A stretch of DNA of 64,000 nt from Candidatus Micrarchaeota archaeon. Lineage in GTDB: Archaea; Micrarchaeota; Micrarchaeia; Anstonellales; J096. A program made the position numbers and the translations under genes. The stretch is taken from positions 77-64,076 of the forward strand of contig WAKO01000003.1 in assembly GCA_015523325.1 (NCBI GenBank), in the 5' to 3' direction. Of the stretch, positions 26,103 to 35,391 are shown piece after piece. How positions within the stretch are numbered: position 1 is the first letter of the stretch; the number at the start of each line of letters is the position of its first letter. The notes under the pieces are model-generated. The model ran no database searches. It saw nothing but the letters and a program-made list of their open reading frames with translations, and was not told where the DNA came from.

Positions 26103-27761
26103 ATGAGAATTTCTATTCTTGTTTTGATTTTGTTTCTTATTTCCTATTCGTTCTCAGTTATTATAGTTAACTCCTATGATGGGAGAGATGTGGTTGTTGG
26201 AACGTATTATGCAGCTGCTTTAGGAGAGGAGGTGTTTTTTGTTCCTCAAGAAAGCTCAGTAGAGATGGTAACTTCAAAGATAGGGGGGTTTGACGAGGAA
26301 GTTGTGTTAATAGAAGGAAAGAGAAAGGTTTTTCCAGGGCTTGAGCTTTCTTTAAGGAATAGAGGATATAAAATAAAGGAGATAATTAACTCTTCTGATC
26401 CTTATACACTAAACTTTGAATTAGCTTCAAGAGTAAATCCAAATGGTTTTGTTATAGCTTCTCCTGATTTTGGTTATAATACTGTTGCCCCTATTCCTTT
26501 TGCTAGAAAAAATAGGTATTTTTTTATATTTGATATAGAAGGAAAAGAGCAGGAAATTGCTTCTATTGTTGATTCAAAGCCTGTATTGGTTTATGGAGAT
26601 GTGAGAGAAGAGCTACTAGAAAAACTTAGTGAGAATCCAAATTTAATTGTAATAAATAATGGAGATAAGTATTTGGATAGTATTGAATTAGCAGACCTTC
26701 TTTTAGAGGGCCAGAAAAACACCCAAGTTATTCTTTCTGATGGGAACTTTTTGGAGAGTACAATAATGAATAGTCCCTATCCAATAGTTTATGTCTCAAC
26801 ACTAACTCCTAGGGTTGTTATTGATTTTTTATACAATAAAACATTATCAAACCAAATAAGTACTTTATTAGTTGTTGGAGAAGAATACACTAATGTTGCA
26901 TATAATATAAGGAGAGAGATAAATGAGAAGATTGGAGAGGATAGATTAAGCACTTTTGTAAAGCTAGGAGAAGCAATTCCTCCTCTTTCCCAACCTGTCC
27001 CTTCCCCTATTTTTCCACTTCCTTCTCCTTTTTCTTCTATTGTTGTAGAAGAGGTTGTGTTTAATAATAATACCAATACTTTAACAATATCATTTAGAAA
27101 TAAAGGAAATAGTATTGGTTACTTTACTTATTCAATAACTGTTTATGATGAGAATAATAATGCTTTATTCACTTTTTCTTCTGATGAAATTTTAGAGTTA
27201 AAAGAAGGGGATAGCTATGTTTTTAGGAAGCAGTTGGATTTAGGAAATTTAGAAGGATATTTGGAAGCAGATGTTAGAGTTGAGTATGGAACCTCTAAAA
27301 CATTACTTGATAATGGTTATGTAGAGAGGTTTGTATTGACTTTTCTTTCGCTAGAGGAGAAAACATCTTTGGTAATAGAGGATGCAAAATATGATAAAGA
27401 AAGTAAGACTTTGACACTCTCTCTTAGAAACACAGGGGAGGTGGATGCTTTCTATAAGGTTTTTCTTTACTACAAAGACAAGGATGGTAAAGATGTAGAG
27501 GTTGAAGAACAACTTTCTGTTATAGAGGCAGGAAGAAATAGAATTATTTTGTTGAGAGGAGTTGATCTACCTTATTCAGATATTTTAATAGAAGTTAAGT
27601 ATGGTTATAAGGAGAACTTGTTAGTTAAAAGTGCTTACTATACGTTAAGAATTGAAGAGGAAGATCTACTTAAGACTATTGCTGTGATTGTTTTAATTAT
27701 TTATGTAATAGTTCTTCTTAAGAAGCTGTTAATGCTAAAAACTAAAAAAGTAGAAAAATGA
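26103..27761 (+). CDS. Secreted, C-terminally membrane-anchored surface protein with Ig/CARDB-like domains
   Basis: Signal peptide, two FRNKG/LRNTG Ig-like domains, and a C-terminal TM with a basic tail. Confidence 0.7.
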   Translation: MRISILVLILFLISYSFSVIIVNSYDGRDVVVGTYYAAALGEEVFFVPQESSVEMVTSKIGGFDEEVVLIEGKRKVFPGLELSLRNRGYKIKEIINSSDPYTLNFELASRVNPNGFVIASPDFGYNTVAPIPFARKNRYFFIFDIEGKEQEIASIVDSKPVLVYGDVREELLEKLSENPNLIVINNGDKYLDSIELADLLLEGQKNTQVILSDGNFLESTIMNSPYPIVYVSTLTPRVVIDFLYNKTLSNQISTLLVVGEEYTNVAYNIRREINEKIGEDRLSTFVKLGEAIPPLSQPVPSPIFPLPSPFSSIVVEEVVFNNNTNTLTISFRNKGNSIGYFTYSITVYDENNNALFTFSSDEILELKEGDSYVFRKQLDLGNLEGYLEADVRVEYGTSKTLLDNGYVERFVLTFLSLEEKTSLVIEDAKYDKESKTLTLSLRNTGEVDAFYKVFLYYKDKDGKDVEVEEQLSVIEAGRNRIILLRGVDLPYSDILIEVKYGYKENLLVKSAYYTLRIEEEDLLKTIAVIVLIIYVIVLLKKLLMLKTKKVEK

Positions 27762-27815
27762 TTAGTATTTTCTTATATCATGTTGGTTTAAAATTGTTAA
27801 TTTTCTAATTTTATT

Positions 27816-29132
27816 ATGGATTTTGATTATAAGAAAGCAGAAGAAGTAATAGAAAGGGCAAAAGCTCTATTTTCTCCTTCAAAAGAGGAAAGAGAGGAGC
27901 TCCTTTCTATGTTTGAGAGTTTTAGAGTTGAGCTTTCCCCATACTTTAAAGATATCAGGTTGTTGGGAAGTGTTGCAAAAGGTACTTTTTTGAAAGGAAG
28001 TAAAGAGTTAGATGTTTTTGTTTTTTTTGATAAGGATGTGAGTAAGGAGGAAATGGGGGAAAAGATATTTCAGGTTTTGAGGAAATTAAACATAAACTTT
28101 GAGATTAGATATGCAGAGCATCCCTATGCAAAGGTATTTTATAAGGGCTTTGAAATAGATTTAGTTCCTTGTTACAAAATAAAGCAAGAGGAAAGGATAA
28201 GAAGTGCTGTTGATAGAAGCCCTTTTCATTATGAGTTTGTCTCAAAAAATCTAAAAGAACATCAAAAAGCAGATGTCAGGGTTTTAAAAAAACTCCTGAA
28301 AAATTTTGGATTGTATGGAGCTGAAGTAGGAGTAAGAGGATTTTCAGGATACTTATGTGAGCTCTTAATAATTTATTATGGAAGCCTCTTAGAGCTAATG
28401 AAATCTTCCTTAAAGTGGAAAAGGCCAAAACTTTCTCTAAATAAAGAAACAACTTTAGATTTGTTTGATGAGCCTTTTGTTTTCATAGACCCAACTGATG
28501 AATATAGGAATGTTGCTTCTTCCCTATCTTTAGAAAACCTTTCAAAGTTTATTCTCCTCTCTTCTTCATTTTTGAGGTCACCATCCTTAGAGTTCTTTGA
28601 GTTTTCATCCTTAGATTTGAGCTTTAGCAAATTAAAGGAAGTTTTGGGAGAAGCTGTTGTTGTTAAACTTAAATCCCCTGATGTTGTTAGAGAAACCAAG
28701 ATGGGTCAACTTAAGAGGATTGAGAGGTATTTGAAAAGCTTTTTGATAAAAAATGGTTTTCTTATTTCATCGAGCTTTGTTGAGGATAGGGAGTTTTCTT
28801 ACATATTCATAAGTTCTCTGTTCTCTCCTCCTAATTTTATTATAAAAGAGGGCCCTTTTGTTTGGATGAATAAAAATGCAGAAAACTTTATGGAGAAAAA
28901 CAAAGCTGTTTTGCTTGGAGATAGGCTTTTTACAATAAAGGAATACAAATTTAAAAGGCTTAAAGAAGCTGTTGAAAAGGCTTTGGTTTCTTATGATTTT
29001 CCCTCTCACTATAAAGGGAGTTTGGTTGATGTAATTTCTCTCAATCCTTCCGAGATTGATAAATTGTCGTTAAAAAATAGAATTTTTGTAGAGGTTAGGA
29101 GGAACGAATTTTTGTTTAGAAGAAAAGTTTAG
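27816..29132 (+). CDS. cca: CCA-adding tRNA nucleotidyltransferase (archaeal class I)
   Basis: LGSVAKGTFL..ELDVF, YAEHPY, DLVPC, SAVDRSPFH, YGAE..GFSGYLCELL and DPTD..RNVA motifs. Confidence 0.96.
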   Translation: MDFDYKKAEEVIERAKALFSPSKEEREELLSMFESFRVELSPYFKDIRLLGSVAKGTFLKGSKELDVFVFFDKDVSKEEMGEKIFQVLRKLNINFEIRYAEHPYAKVFYKGFEIDLVPCYKIKQEERIRSAVDRSPFHYEFVSKNLKEHQKADVRVLKKLLKNFGLYGAEVGVRGFSGYLCELLIIYYGSLLELMKSSLKWKRPKLSLNKETTLDLFDEPFVFIDPTDEYRNVASSLSLENLSKFILLSSSFLRSPSLEFFEFSSLDLSFSKLKEVLGEAVVVKLKSPDVVRETKMGQLKRIERYLKSFLIKNGFLISSSFVEDREFSYIFISSLFSPPNFIIKEGPFVWMNKNAENFMEKNKAVLLGDRLFTIKEYKFKRLKEAVEKALVSYDFPSHYKGSLVDVISLNPSEIDKLSLKNRIFVEVRRNEFLFRRKV

Positions 29133-29182
29133 AGGAAAAATTGGAGGTAATCCTTATAATAATTTCTTTAGCTAACTTTTTC

Positions 29183-30445
29183 ATGGGAAAAAATTTGGAT
29201 TGGAAAATTCCTATTTTGTTTTTAGTAACTTGGATTTTGGTTTATCTTTCTTATATAGCTTCTGTATCTAATTTTATTAAGGTATCTTTTGTTTTAATTA
29301 TTCTCTATCTCTCTGGAGAATATTTGTTTAGAAAGCTTGGTTTAGGGAAGGAACTCATATTTTTGCTTTGGAGGAGTAAGAGGTACTTAAATGTTTTGAA
29401 GGATATGTCAATTAAGTATAAACATATCTTTAGTTTTTTGGCAGATTCTGCAATTTTTGTTGCGTTTGGTTTGTTTGGATTTCTAGTAATCTCTTGGAAG
29501 AGCTTAAAAGAGAAGCTAAAAAATTTTGTTTTTGGATATCTTGTTTTGTATCTAATAACTTATGTCTATGGAAGTGTTGTACCTCTCTTCATGATAATGC
29601 TTGGAATAGGGTTTGAGGGAGGAGCCTCTTCTTTTTTAGGTTACTTAGTTTATATATTTGGTTTAGCTCCTTTGGTATTTTTTTCTCTACTCTATACCTC
29701 CTTAAATATTTTGATTTCTTTGATATCAATCTTATTTGGAGAACAAAGAACTGTTTCTCAAGCAGTTGCTTTGCTTTTGCCAGGAATAAACCTTCCATTT
29801 TTAGAGGGAATTTTGGCTTTAGCTATTGTTTTGATAGTCCATGAATTTTCTCATGGAATTGTAGCTATAGGAGAGAGAATAAAGGTTAGGAGTATGGGAA
29901 TAGTTACTTTTGGAACTATTCCTGTGGGTGCTTTTGTTGAGCCGGATGAAAAGGGACTTTTTGCTTCTTCAAAAAAATCTTTTGTTAGGACAATCATTTC
30001 AGGAGTTTCTTCAAACTTCTTGACAGCTATAATAGTTTTTGGGTTCTTCCTTATTTTCCTCTCCCTAACTCAACAATTTTCTTCTCCTTCTTGCCTTTTA
30101 GTTGTTGAAAACAAGCTTTATCATGTCTTTTCCTGTCATGAAAAAGCTTTAACATTTGAAGGAGAAGTGATTGAGTTTAAACCAGACCAGATAAAAAACA
30201 AAATAATTTTGGAAGGAGATGAGATGCTTAGGTATTATGAGTCCCCACTCCTTAGATTTATATATAATTTTTTCCTTTTAACTATCTCACTTAACTTGGT
30301 TGTGGGAGTTATAAACTTACTTCCTGTTCCATTTTTTGACGGAAATCTAATAAGTTCCAGGGTTCTTCCAAAAAAGGCTCATGATTTGGTTTCATTTTTA
30401 GCTTTACTTTCATTGTTGATTAGCTTTTTACCATCTTTAATTTAG
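29183..30445 (+). CDS. Site-2 protease (M50) membrane metalloprotease
   Basis: HEFSH, GAFVEPDE and NLLPVPFFDG motifs. Confidence 0.92.
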   Translation: MGKNLDWKIPILFLVTWILVYLSYIASVSNFIKVSFVLIILYLSGEYLFRKLGLGKELIFLLWRSKRYLNVLKDMSIKYKHIFSFLADSAIFVAFGLFGFLVISWKSLKEKLKNFVFGYLVLYLITYVYGSVVPLFMIMLGIGFEGGASSFLGYLVYIFGLAPLVFFSLLYTSLNILISLISILFGEQRTVSQAVALLLPGINLPFLEGILALAIVLIVHEFSHGIVAIGERIKVRSMGIVTFGTIPVGAFVEPDEKGLFASSKKSFVRTIISGVSSNFLTAIIVFGFFLIFLSLTQQFSSPSCLLVVENKLYHVFSCHEKALTFEGEVIEFKPDQIKNKIILEGDEMLRYYESPLLRFIYNFFLLTISLNLVVGVINLLPVPFFDGNLISSRVLPKKAHDLVSFLALLSLLISFLPSLI

Positions 30446-30495
30446 TTTAGGGGGTTAGGAGAAACGTTATAAAAACCTCCTTTCATAGCAACAAT

Positions 30496-31749
30496 ATGCT
30501 AGATATTTCTTTAATAAGAAATAATAAGGAATTTGTTAAAAATGAGCTTTCAAAGAGGTCTTTGAGTTATAAGGAGTTAGTAGACAAGGTTTTTGAACTT
30601 GACTTGGAATGGAGGGCATTAAAGAAAGAACTTGACTCTTTTAGAGCTAAGAAGAATGAAATCTCAAAGCAAATTTCAAAAACAAAAGATGAAGAGTTAA
30701 TTCTTAGAAGTAAAGAGATTGGGAAGAAAATTAAAGAACTAGAGAAAAAAGAAAAGGAGTTGTTAGAAAAAAGAGATTTGCTTTTGTTAGAGCTTCCCAA
30801 TATTCCTTCTCCTTCTTGTCCAATTGGAGAGGGAGAGGAGGAAAACAGAGTTGTTTTTGAAGTTAAACCAAAGAAGCTTAGTGCCATTCCCCATTATGAA
30901 TTAGGGGTTGAAGAAGGAGTTTTGGACTTTGAGAGAGGCTCTTTAATCTCTGGTCATAGGTTTGTTGTGATGAGGAAGTGGTTAGTAAAGTTAAATAGAG
31001 CTTTAATCAATTTTATGTTGGACTTTGCTTCTTCTCATGGATATGAAGAGGTTTGGGTCCCACATTTAGTTAGAAGCTCCTCATTAATAGGGACAGGACA
31101 GTTACCTAAATTTAAGGAAGACTTATATAGAACTCAAGATGACCTTTGGCTAATCCCAACTGCTGAGGTTCCTTTGGTGAATTTAGTTAGGGATAGTTTT
31201 ATTGAGGAAAAGGATTTACCGCTAAGATTTTCTAGCTTTACTCCCTGCTATAGGAGGGAAGCAGGAGCTTATGGAAGAGATATAAAAGGAATTATAAGGC
31301 AACATCAATTTGATAAGGTTGAGTTAGTCTCAATAACATCTCCAGAAGAGAGCTATAAGGAGTTGGAAAGGAAAAGAGGTATTGTTGAAGAACTATTAAA
31401 GAGATTGGAATTACCTTATAGGGTTGTTGAACTTTGTACAGGAGATTTGCCATTTAGCTCAGCAAAAACTTATGATTTGGAGGTTTGGATTCCTTCACAG
31501 AAAAAGTATAGGGAAATCTCCTCAATTAGTAATTGCACTGATTTTCAAGCTAGAAGGATAAAAGCAAGGATTAGGAGAGGAAACGAGCTTATTTATCCCC
31601 ACACATTAAATGGCTCTTCTCTAGCTCTAGGAAGAACCTTAGTCGCTATAATGGAAAACTTTCAGGAAGAGGATGGAATAGCCCTTCCAAGGGCTCTTTG
31701 GGATTACTCAAAAACAGAGTTTATAGAATTCAAGAGAACTTCAAAATAA
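30496..31749 (+). CDS. serS: Seryl-tRNA synthetase (bacterial type)
   Basis: MLDI, coiled-coil arm, LIPTAEVP, CYRREAG, RQHQFDKVE, EISSISNCTDFQARR, HTLNGS motifs. Confidence 0.98.
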   Translation: MLDISLIRNNKEFVKNELSKRSLSYKELVDKVFELDLEWRALKKELDSFRAKKNEISKQISKTKDEELILRSKEIGKKIKELEKKEKELLEKRDLLLLELPNIPSPSCPIGEGEEENRVVFEVKPKKLSAIPHYELGVEEGVLDFERGSLISGHRFVVMRKWLVKLNRALINFMLDFASSHGYEEVWVPHLVRSSSLIGTGQLPKFKEDLYRTQDDLWLIPTAEVPLVNLVRDSFIEEKDLPLRFSSFTPCYRREAGAYGRDIKGIIRQHQFDKVELVSITSPEESYKELERKRGIVEELLKRLELPYRVVELCTGDLPFSSAKTYDLEVWIPSQKKYREISSISNCTDFQARRIKARIRRGNELIYPHTLNGSSLALGRTLVAIMENFQEEDGIALPRALWDYSKTEFIEFKRTSK

Positions 31750-31791
31750 TTGATAACTGTTAGCCTGTTAGCACCACTACTCATAACTAAG

Positions 31792-32406
31792 TTAATATTC
31801 TATTTCCCACCAATAAGGCTTTGCCATTTCCTCCTTTATCTTCTTTCCATAATATAGGCCTAGAAACAACCCTCCTAAGTGTGCTGCTGATGCAATTCCG
31901 GAAGAGGGGTTAAATACTCCTAAAAACTCTATGACTATCCAAATAACACTAGCAGTTCTTAGGCTTACTGGAAAGAAAACTGGAAACATTATTATTTTTG
32001 AGTTTGGAAATAGCATGCTTGCAACTCCCATTATTCCAAATATAGCTCCACTAGCGCCTAAAGCTGGATTTGTTGTTAACCCTAATAAAAAAGTTATGTA
32101 ATATCCAATACTACCACTCAACCCTGTTAGTATGAATATCTTTAGAAACTCCTTTTCCCCTATTTCTCTAACTACTGGCTTTCCAAAGAGGTAGAGTGCA
32201 TAAGCATTAAAGAAAAGATGAGTAAGATTTGCGTGTAAGAATATGCTAGTTAAGAACCTCCAAGGTTGTTGAAGAGCTAGGTAAGGGTCAAAATAAAATA
32301 GAGGTGTTAGTTCCTCTATAAATGTTTGAAGTAAAAAAACAATTCCTATTGTTATAAGCAAGTAATCTACTATATCCATCTTTTCAGCCTGCCTATCATT
32401 CATCAC
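31792..32406 (-). CDS. Rhomboid intramembrane serine protease
   Basis: PWR, FLH..HLFFN, GASGA and AHLGG motifs. Confidence 0.95.
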   Translation of the reverse strand: MMNDRQAEKMDIVDYLLITIGIVFLLQTFIEELTPLFYFDPYLALQQPWRFLTSIFLHANLTHLFFNAYALYLFGKPVVREIGEKEFLKIFILTGLSGSIGYYITFLLGLTTNPALGASGAIFGIMGVASMLFPNSKIIMFPVFFPVSLRTASVIWIVIEFLGVFNPSSGIASAAHLGGLFLGLYYGKKIKEEMAKPYWWEIEY

Positions 32407-32531
32407 TGTTCAGAGATCACCTTTTTCATCACAAAGCTAAAGCTCACTTACTTTAAATTTTTAAGTTTTTTTAAAATTTTTTATGGTGAGAAGTAGCTAG
32501 AGTTAAAAAATGTTTTGTGCTATGGTAATTT

Positions 32532-32921
32532 ATGAGCATTTCAGAGATAACAATGTTATTATTTTATGGTTCTTCTTTAGTTTTTCTTCTCAGCTTTTTT
32601 GTTTACGCTTTCTCTTCAAAAGTAGAAAGAAAGGAAGATGCTAAAAAAGAGGAAAAAGAGGAAAGAAGCGCGATTGTTGAAGAGAGGGTTTATGTTAAGC
32701 CTTTGATTAGAAAAGAAGATGTAATTTATAATGCTCTTGTAGTTTACCCAGAATTGGAAGATTATTTATTTTACAAAGGAGCCAAAGCAATAAAAAACCC
32801 AATAGTGAAAAAGGCCTTTACAAAAAAGACTACTTTCTCTTCTCTTGCAAAAGCACTGGGAAAGGAAGAAGATGAATTTGTGAATGAGATAAATGAGTTT
32901 CTTTCAAGAAAGTTGAACTAA
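32532..32921 (+). CDS. Membrane-anchored DUF1858-like domain protein
   Basis: N-terminal TM; YPELEDYL..KG...IKNP...KKTTFSSLAK pattern. Confidence 0.55.
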   Translation: MSISEITMLLFYGSSLVFLLSFFVYAFSSKVERKEDAKKEEKEERSAIVEERVYVKPLIRKEDVIYNALVVYPELEDYLFYKGAKAIKNPIVKKAFTKKTTFSSLAKALGKEEDEFVNEINEFLSRKLN

Positions 32922-32938
32922 AAGATTTGATAAGTTTT

Positions 32939-33451
32939 TCAAATCTTTTTATATTCTTTCCATTTTGGCCAAGGAAAGATGGAGAAAGGAAAAGATCTTT
33001 TTAGTTTATTAAACTCCTCTCTCATTTTTAGATAATTCTTTACAGCTATTTTTATTTTTGTGTTTAGGTTTTCTATTTCTTGAAGTGTTTCTCTATAGCT
33101 TTCCAAGACTAAAAGGTCTTTATTCCCCTCTGTTTCCTTGGCTATTCTGATCAGCTCTTCATTTATTTCCTCATCTTTTATTATTTTTTCATCAACATTT
33201 AATGAAACCAATTCCTCTGTTAGTTTTTCTATGTTTTTAAAAAGAGGTAGGAGGTAGTTTAAACCCTCCTTTTCTATAGAGGCTTTTAGTTTAATCAATA
33301 GCCTAACCTTTTCCTTAAGAAGCTCATCAACCTTTTCTTGTGAGCTTTTAACTTCAGCCAATATCTCCTTTACTTTGAGGTTCAAAAATATTAAGTATGC
33401 TCCTATTAAACCAAGGATTGTTATTACTCCATCTAGAGGTATTTGAAGCAT
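32939..33451 (-). CDS. LemA family protein
   Basis: N-terminal TM, helical bundle, and C-terminal Y...FN....FPFSI pattern. Confidence 0.7.
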   Translation of the reverse strand: MLQIPLDGVITILGLIGAYLIFLNLKVKEILAEVKSSQEKVDELLKEKVRLLIKLKASIEKEGLNYLLPLFKNIEKLTEELVSLNVDEKIIKDEEINEELIRIAKETEGNKDLLVLESYRETLQEIENLNTKIKIAVKNYLKMREEFNKLKRSFPFSIFPWPKWKEYKKI

Positions 33452-33503
33452 ATTCTCCTAACTTAGAAAATCTTTAAAAAGATGTAGAAGCTTTAGCATA
33501 TCT

Positions 33504-34715
33504 ATGATTATTGAAGAGTTGAAATCCCATTGGATAGTTGACTCACGAGGAAACCCAACCATAGAAGTTTTTATGAGAAGTGGGGAGTTTTCTTCTTTTG
33601 GAGCCTCTCCTTCTGGAGCTTCCACAGGAAAAAGGGAAGCTATTGAGCTTAGAGATAATGAATTTTTTGGAAAAGGAGTTTCCAGAGCTATTGAAAAGGT
33701 TAAGGAGATAGAATCAAAAATAATAGGAAAGGATTTTGAGCCTTTTTCTTTTGATGAGTTTTTAATAGAGCTTGATGGAACACCTAACAAATCAAACTTA
33801 GGGGGAAACACTACTACTGCTTTAAGTGTTGCGTTCTATAAATTGTATTCAAAAGTTCATGGGATTCCTCTTTGGAAATTGTTCTCTAATTTAATAAAGA
33901 GAGATCCTTCTTTTCCTAAGTGTATGTTTAATGTGATAAATGGAGGGAAACACGCTGGGAATCCTCTTGCAATTCAAGAGTTTATGATTGTTCCCTCTTT
34001 ACCAACTATAAAAGAGAGAATTGAAGCAGCTCTTGAGATTTACCATGTCTTAAGAAAAAAAATAGGTTCAAAATATGGGGCTGTTTTTACCTCTGTAGGG
34101 GATGAAGGTGGGTTTTCTCCTCCTATCTCTTCTTCTCATGAAGCCCTATCTCTTTTAGAAAGCTGTATTGAAGAGCTTGGTTATGGAGGAAGAGTTTTGT
34201 TAAGCTTAGACTGTGCTGCGGATTCATTTTATAAGGATGGCTATTATTTTGTTGATGAAAAAAAGCTTTCTCCAGAAGAGCTTGTGGATTTTTATTTGGA
34301 ACTTGTGAAATCATATAAAATTCTTTCTTTAGAAGACCCATTTTTTGAAGAGCATGGGAATTGGTTCTCAAAATTAAGGAAAAAGCTCTTAGGAAAAAGC
34401 TTGGTTATAGGAGATGATTTGACTGTAACAAATAAGGCTTTAATAGAAAAAGCGGCTAATAATTCTGAAATTGATGGTTGTATAATAAAAGTTAATCAAG
34501 TTGGAACATTAAAGGAGGCTTTGGAGGCACTCTCCTTTAGTTTTTCCTCTGATTTAAAGACAATAGTTAGCCACCGCTCTGGAGAGGTGGAGGATAACTT
34601 TATTTCCCATCTAGCTTATGGAGTTGGAAGTGAGTTTATAAAAGCAGGAGCTCCTGCAAGAGGAGAGAGGACTTCTAAATATAATGAGTTGTTGAGGTTG
34701 GAAAATGTTGTTTAA
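33504..34715 (+). CDS. eno: Enolase
   Basis: DSRGNPT, PSGASTG, NGGKHA, QEFMI, GDEGG, SHRSGE and RGERTSKYN motifs. Confidence 0.98.
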   Translation: MIIEELKSHWIVDSRGNPTIEVFMRSGEFSSFGASPSGASTGKREAIELRDNEFFGKGVSRAIEKVKEIESKIIGKDFEPFSFDEFLIELDGTPNKSNLGGNTTTALSVAFYKLYSKVHGIPLWKLFSNLIKRDPSFPKCMFNVINGGKHAGNPLAIQEFMIVPSLPTIKERIEAALEIYHVLRKKIGSKYGAVFTSVGDEGGFSPPISSSHEALSLLESCIEELGYGGRVLLSLDCAADSFYKDGYYFVDEKKLSPEELVDFYLELVKSYKILSLEDPFFEEHGNWFSKLRKKLLGKSLVIGDDLTVTNKALIEKAANNSEIDGCIIKVNQVGTLKEALEALSFSFSSDLKTIVSHRSGEVEDNFISHLAYGVGSEFIKAGAPARGERTSKYNELLRLENVV

Positions 34716-35100
34716 GAGAGTCCCTTTTGTTAATGTTGGAGATAAAAATAGGAATGAAGAGGAGAATTCAATTGTGCTTTCCTCTATTCTTGAAACACTA
34801 GAGAGCATAACACTCTTTTTGGCTATATTTGATTTGTTTGAGATTGCTTTGGTTACTTTTTCTTTAAGCTCTTTAATGTTGTTGTTTGATTTAAAAATGA
34901 ATTTAATCTCTAAGGAAGAGAATTTAGTAGAAATGTTTAAGAAGTATTTTTCTTTTCCTTTGCTTTTTTTAGCTTTCTCTTTTATTTTCCCTTTAGGTGA
35001 ATCAGGAAAAAAGTTTTTAATTATCATAAGTAGCTATGCCTTTTTGAGAGTTCTCTATACTTTCTTAAAAGCTTCATTACAAAAAAAGCAGCCCTCCTAA
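34705..35100 (+). CDS. Hypothetical membrane protein
   Basis: Hydrophobic ORF overlapping the eno stop codon. Confidence 0.55.
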   Translation: MLFKRVPFVNVGDKNRNEEENSIVLSSILETLESITLFLAIFDLFEIALVTFSLSSLMLLFDLKMNLISKEENLVEMFKKYFSFPLLFLAFSFIFPLGESGKKFLIIISSYAFLRVLYTFLKASLQKKQPS

Positions 35101-35152
35101 ATTGGTTAAGCTTTAAATAGTTTTTTGTGCATCTACCTACTGAGGTGGGCAA

Positions 35153-35362
35153 ATGTTAGTAAAATGTGAAAGATGTTCAAAAAAAACTCCTAAAATTGAG
35201 CTTTGTAACTATTGCAATAGGCATGTTTGCTTAAGATGCGTAAAGGCTTCAAAAAGAACCAAAAGAAGAGATGTGTTTAGAATAATAATATGTAAAGATT
35301 GTTGGACCAATACAGAAACAAGGAAAAAATACAAGAGGTCAGAACCAATATATTACATCTAG
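35153..35362 (+). CDS. Small basic Zn-finger protein (4 CxxC)
   Basis: GAGGTG RBS; CERC, CNYC, CLRC, CKDC. Confidence 0.8.
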   Translation: MLVKCERCSKKTPKIELCNYCNRHVCLRCVKASKRTKRRDVFRIIICKDCWTNTETRKKYKRSEPIYYI

Positions 35363-35391
35363 CTTTGACTTATTAATTTTCTTCTTAACTT

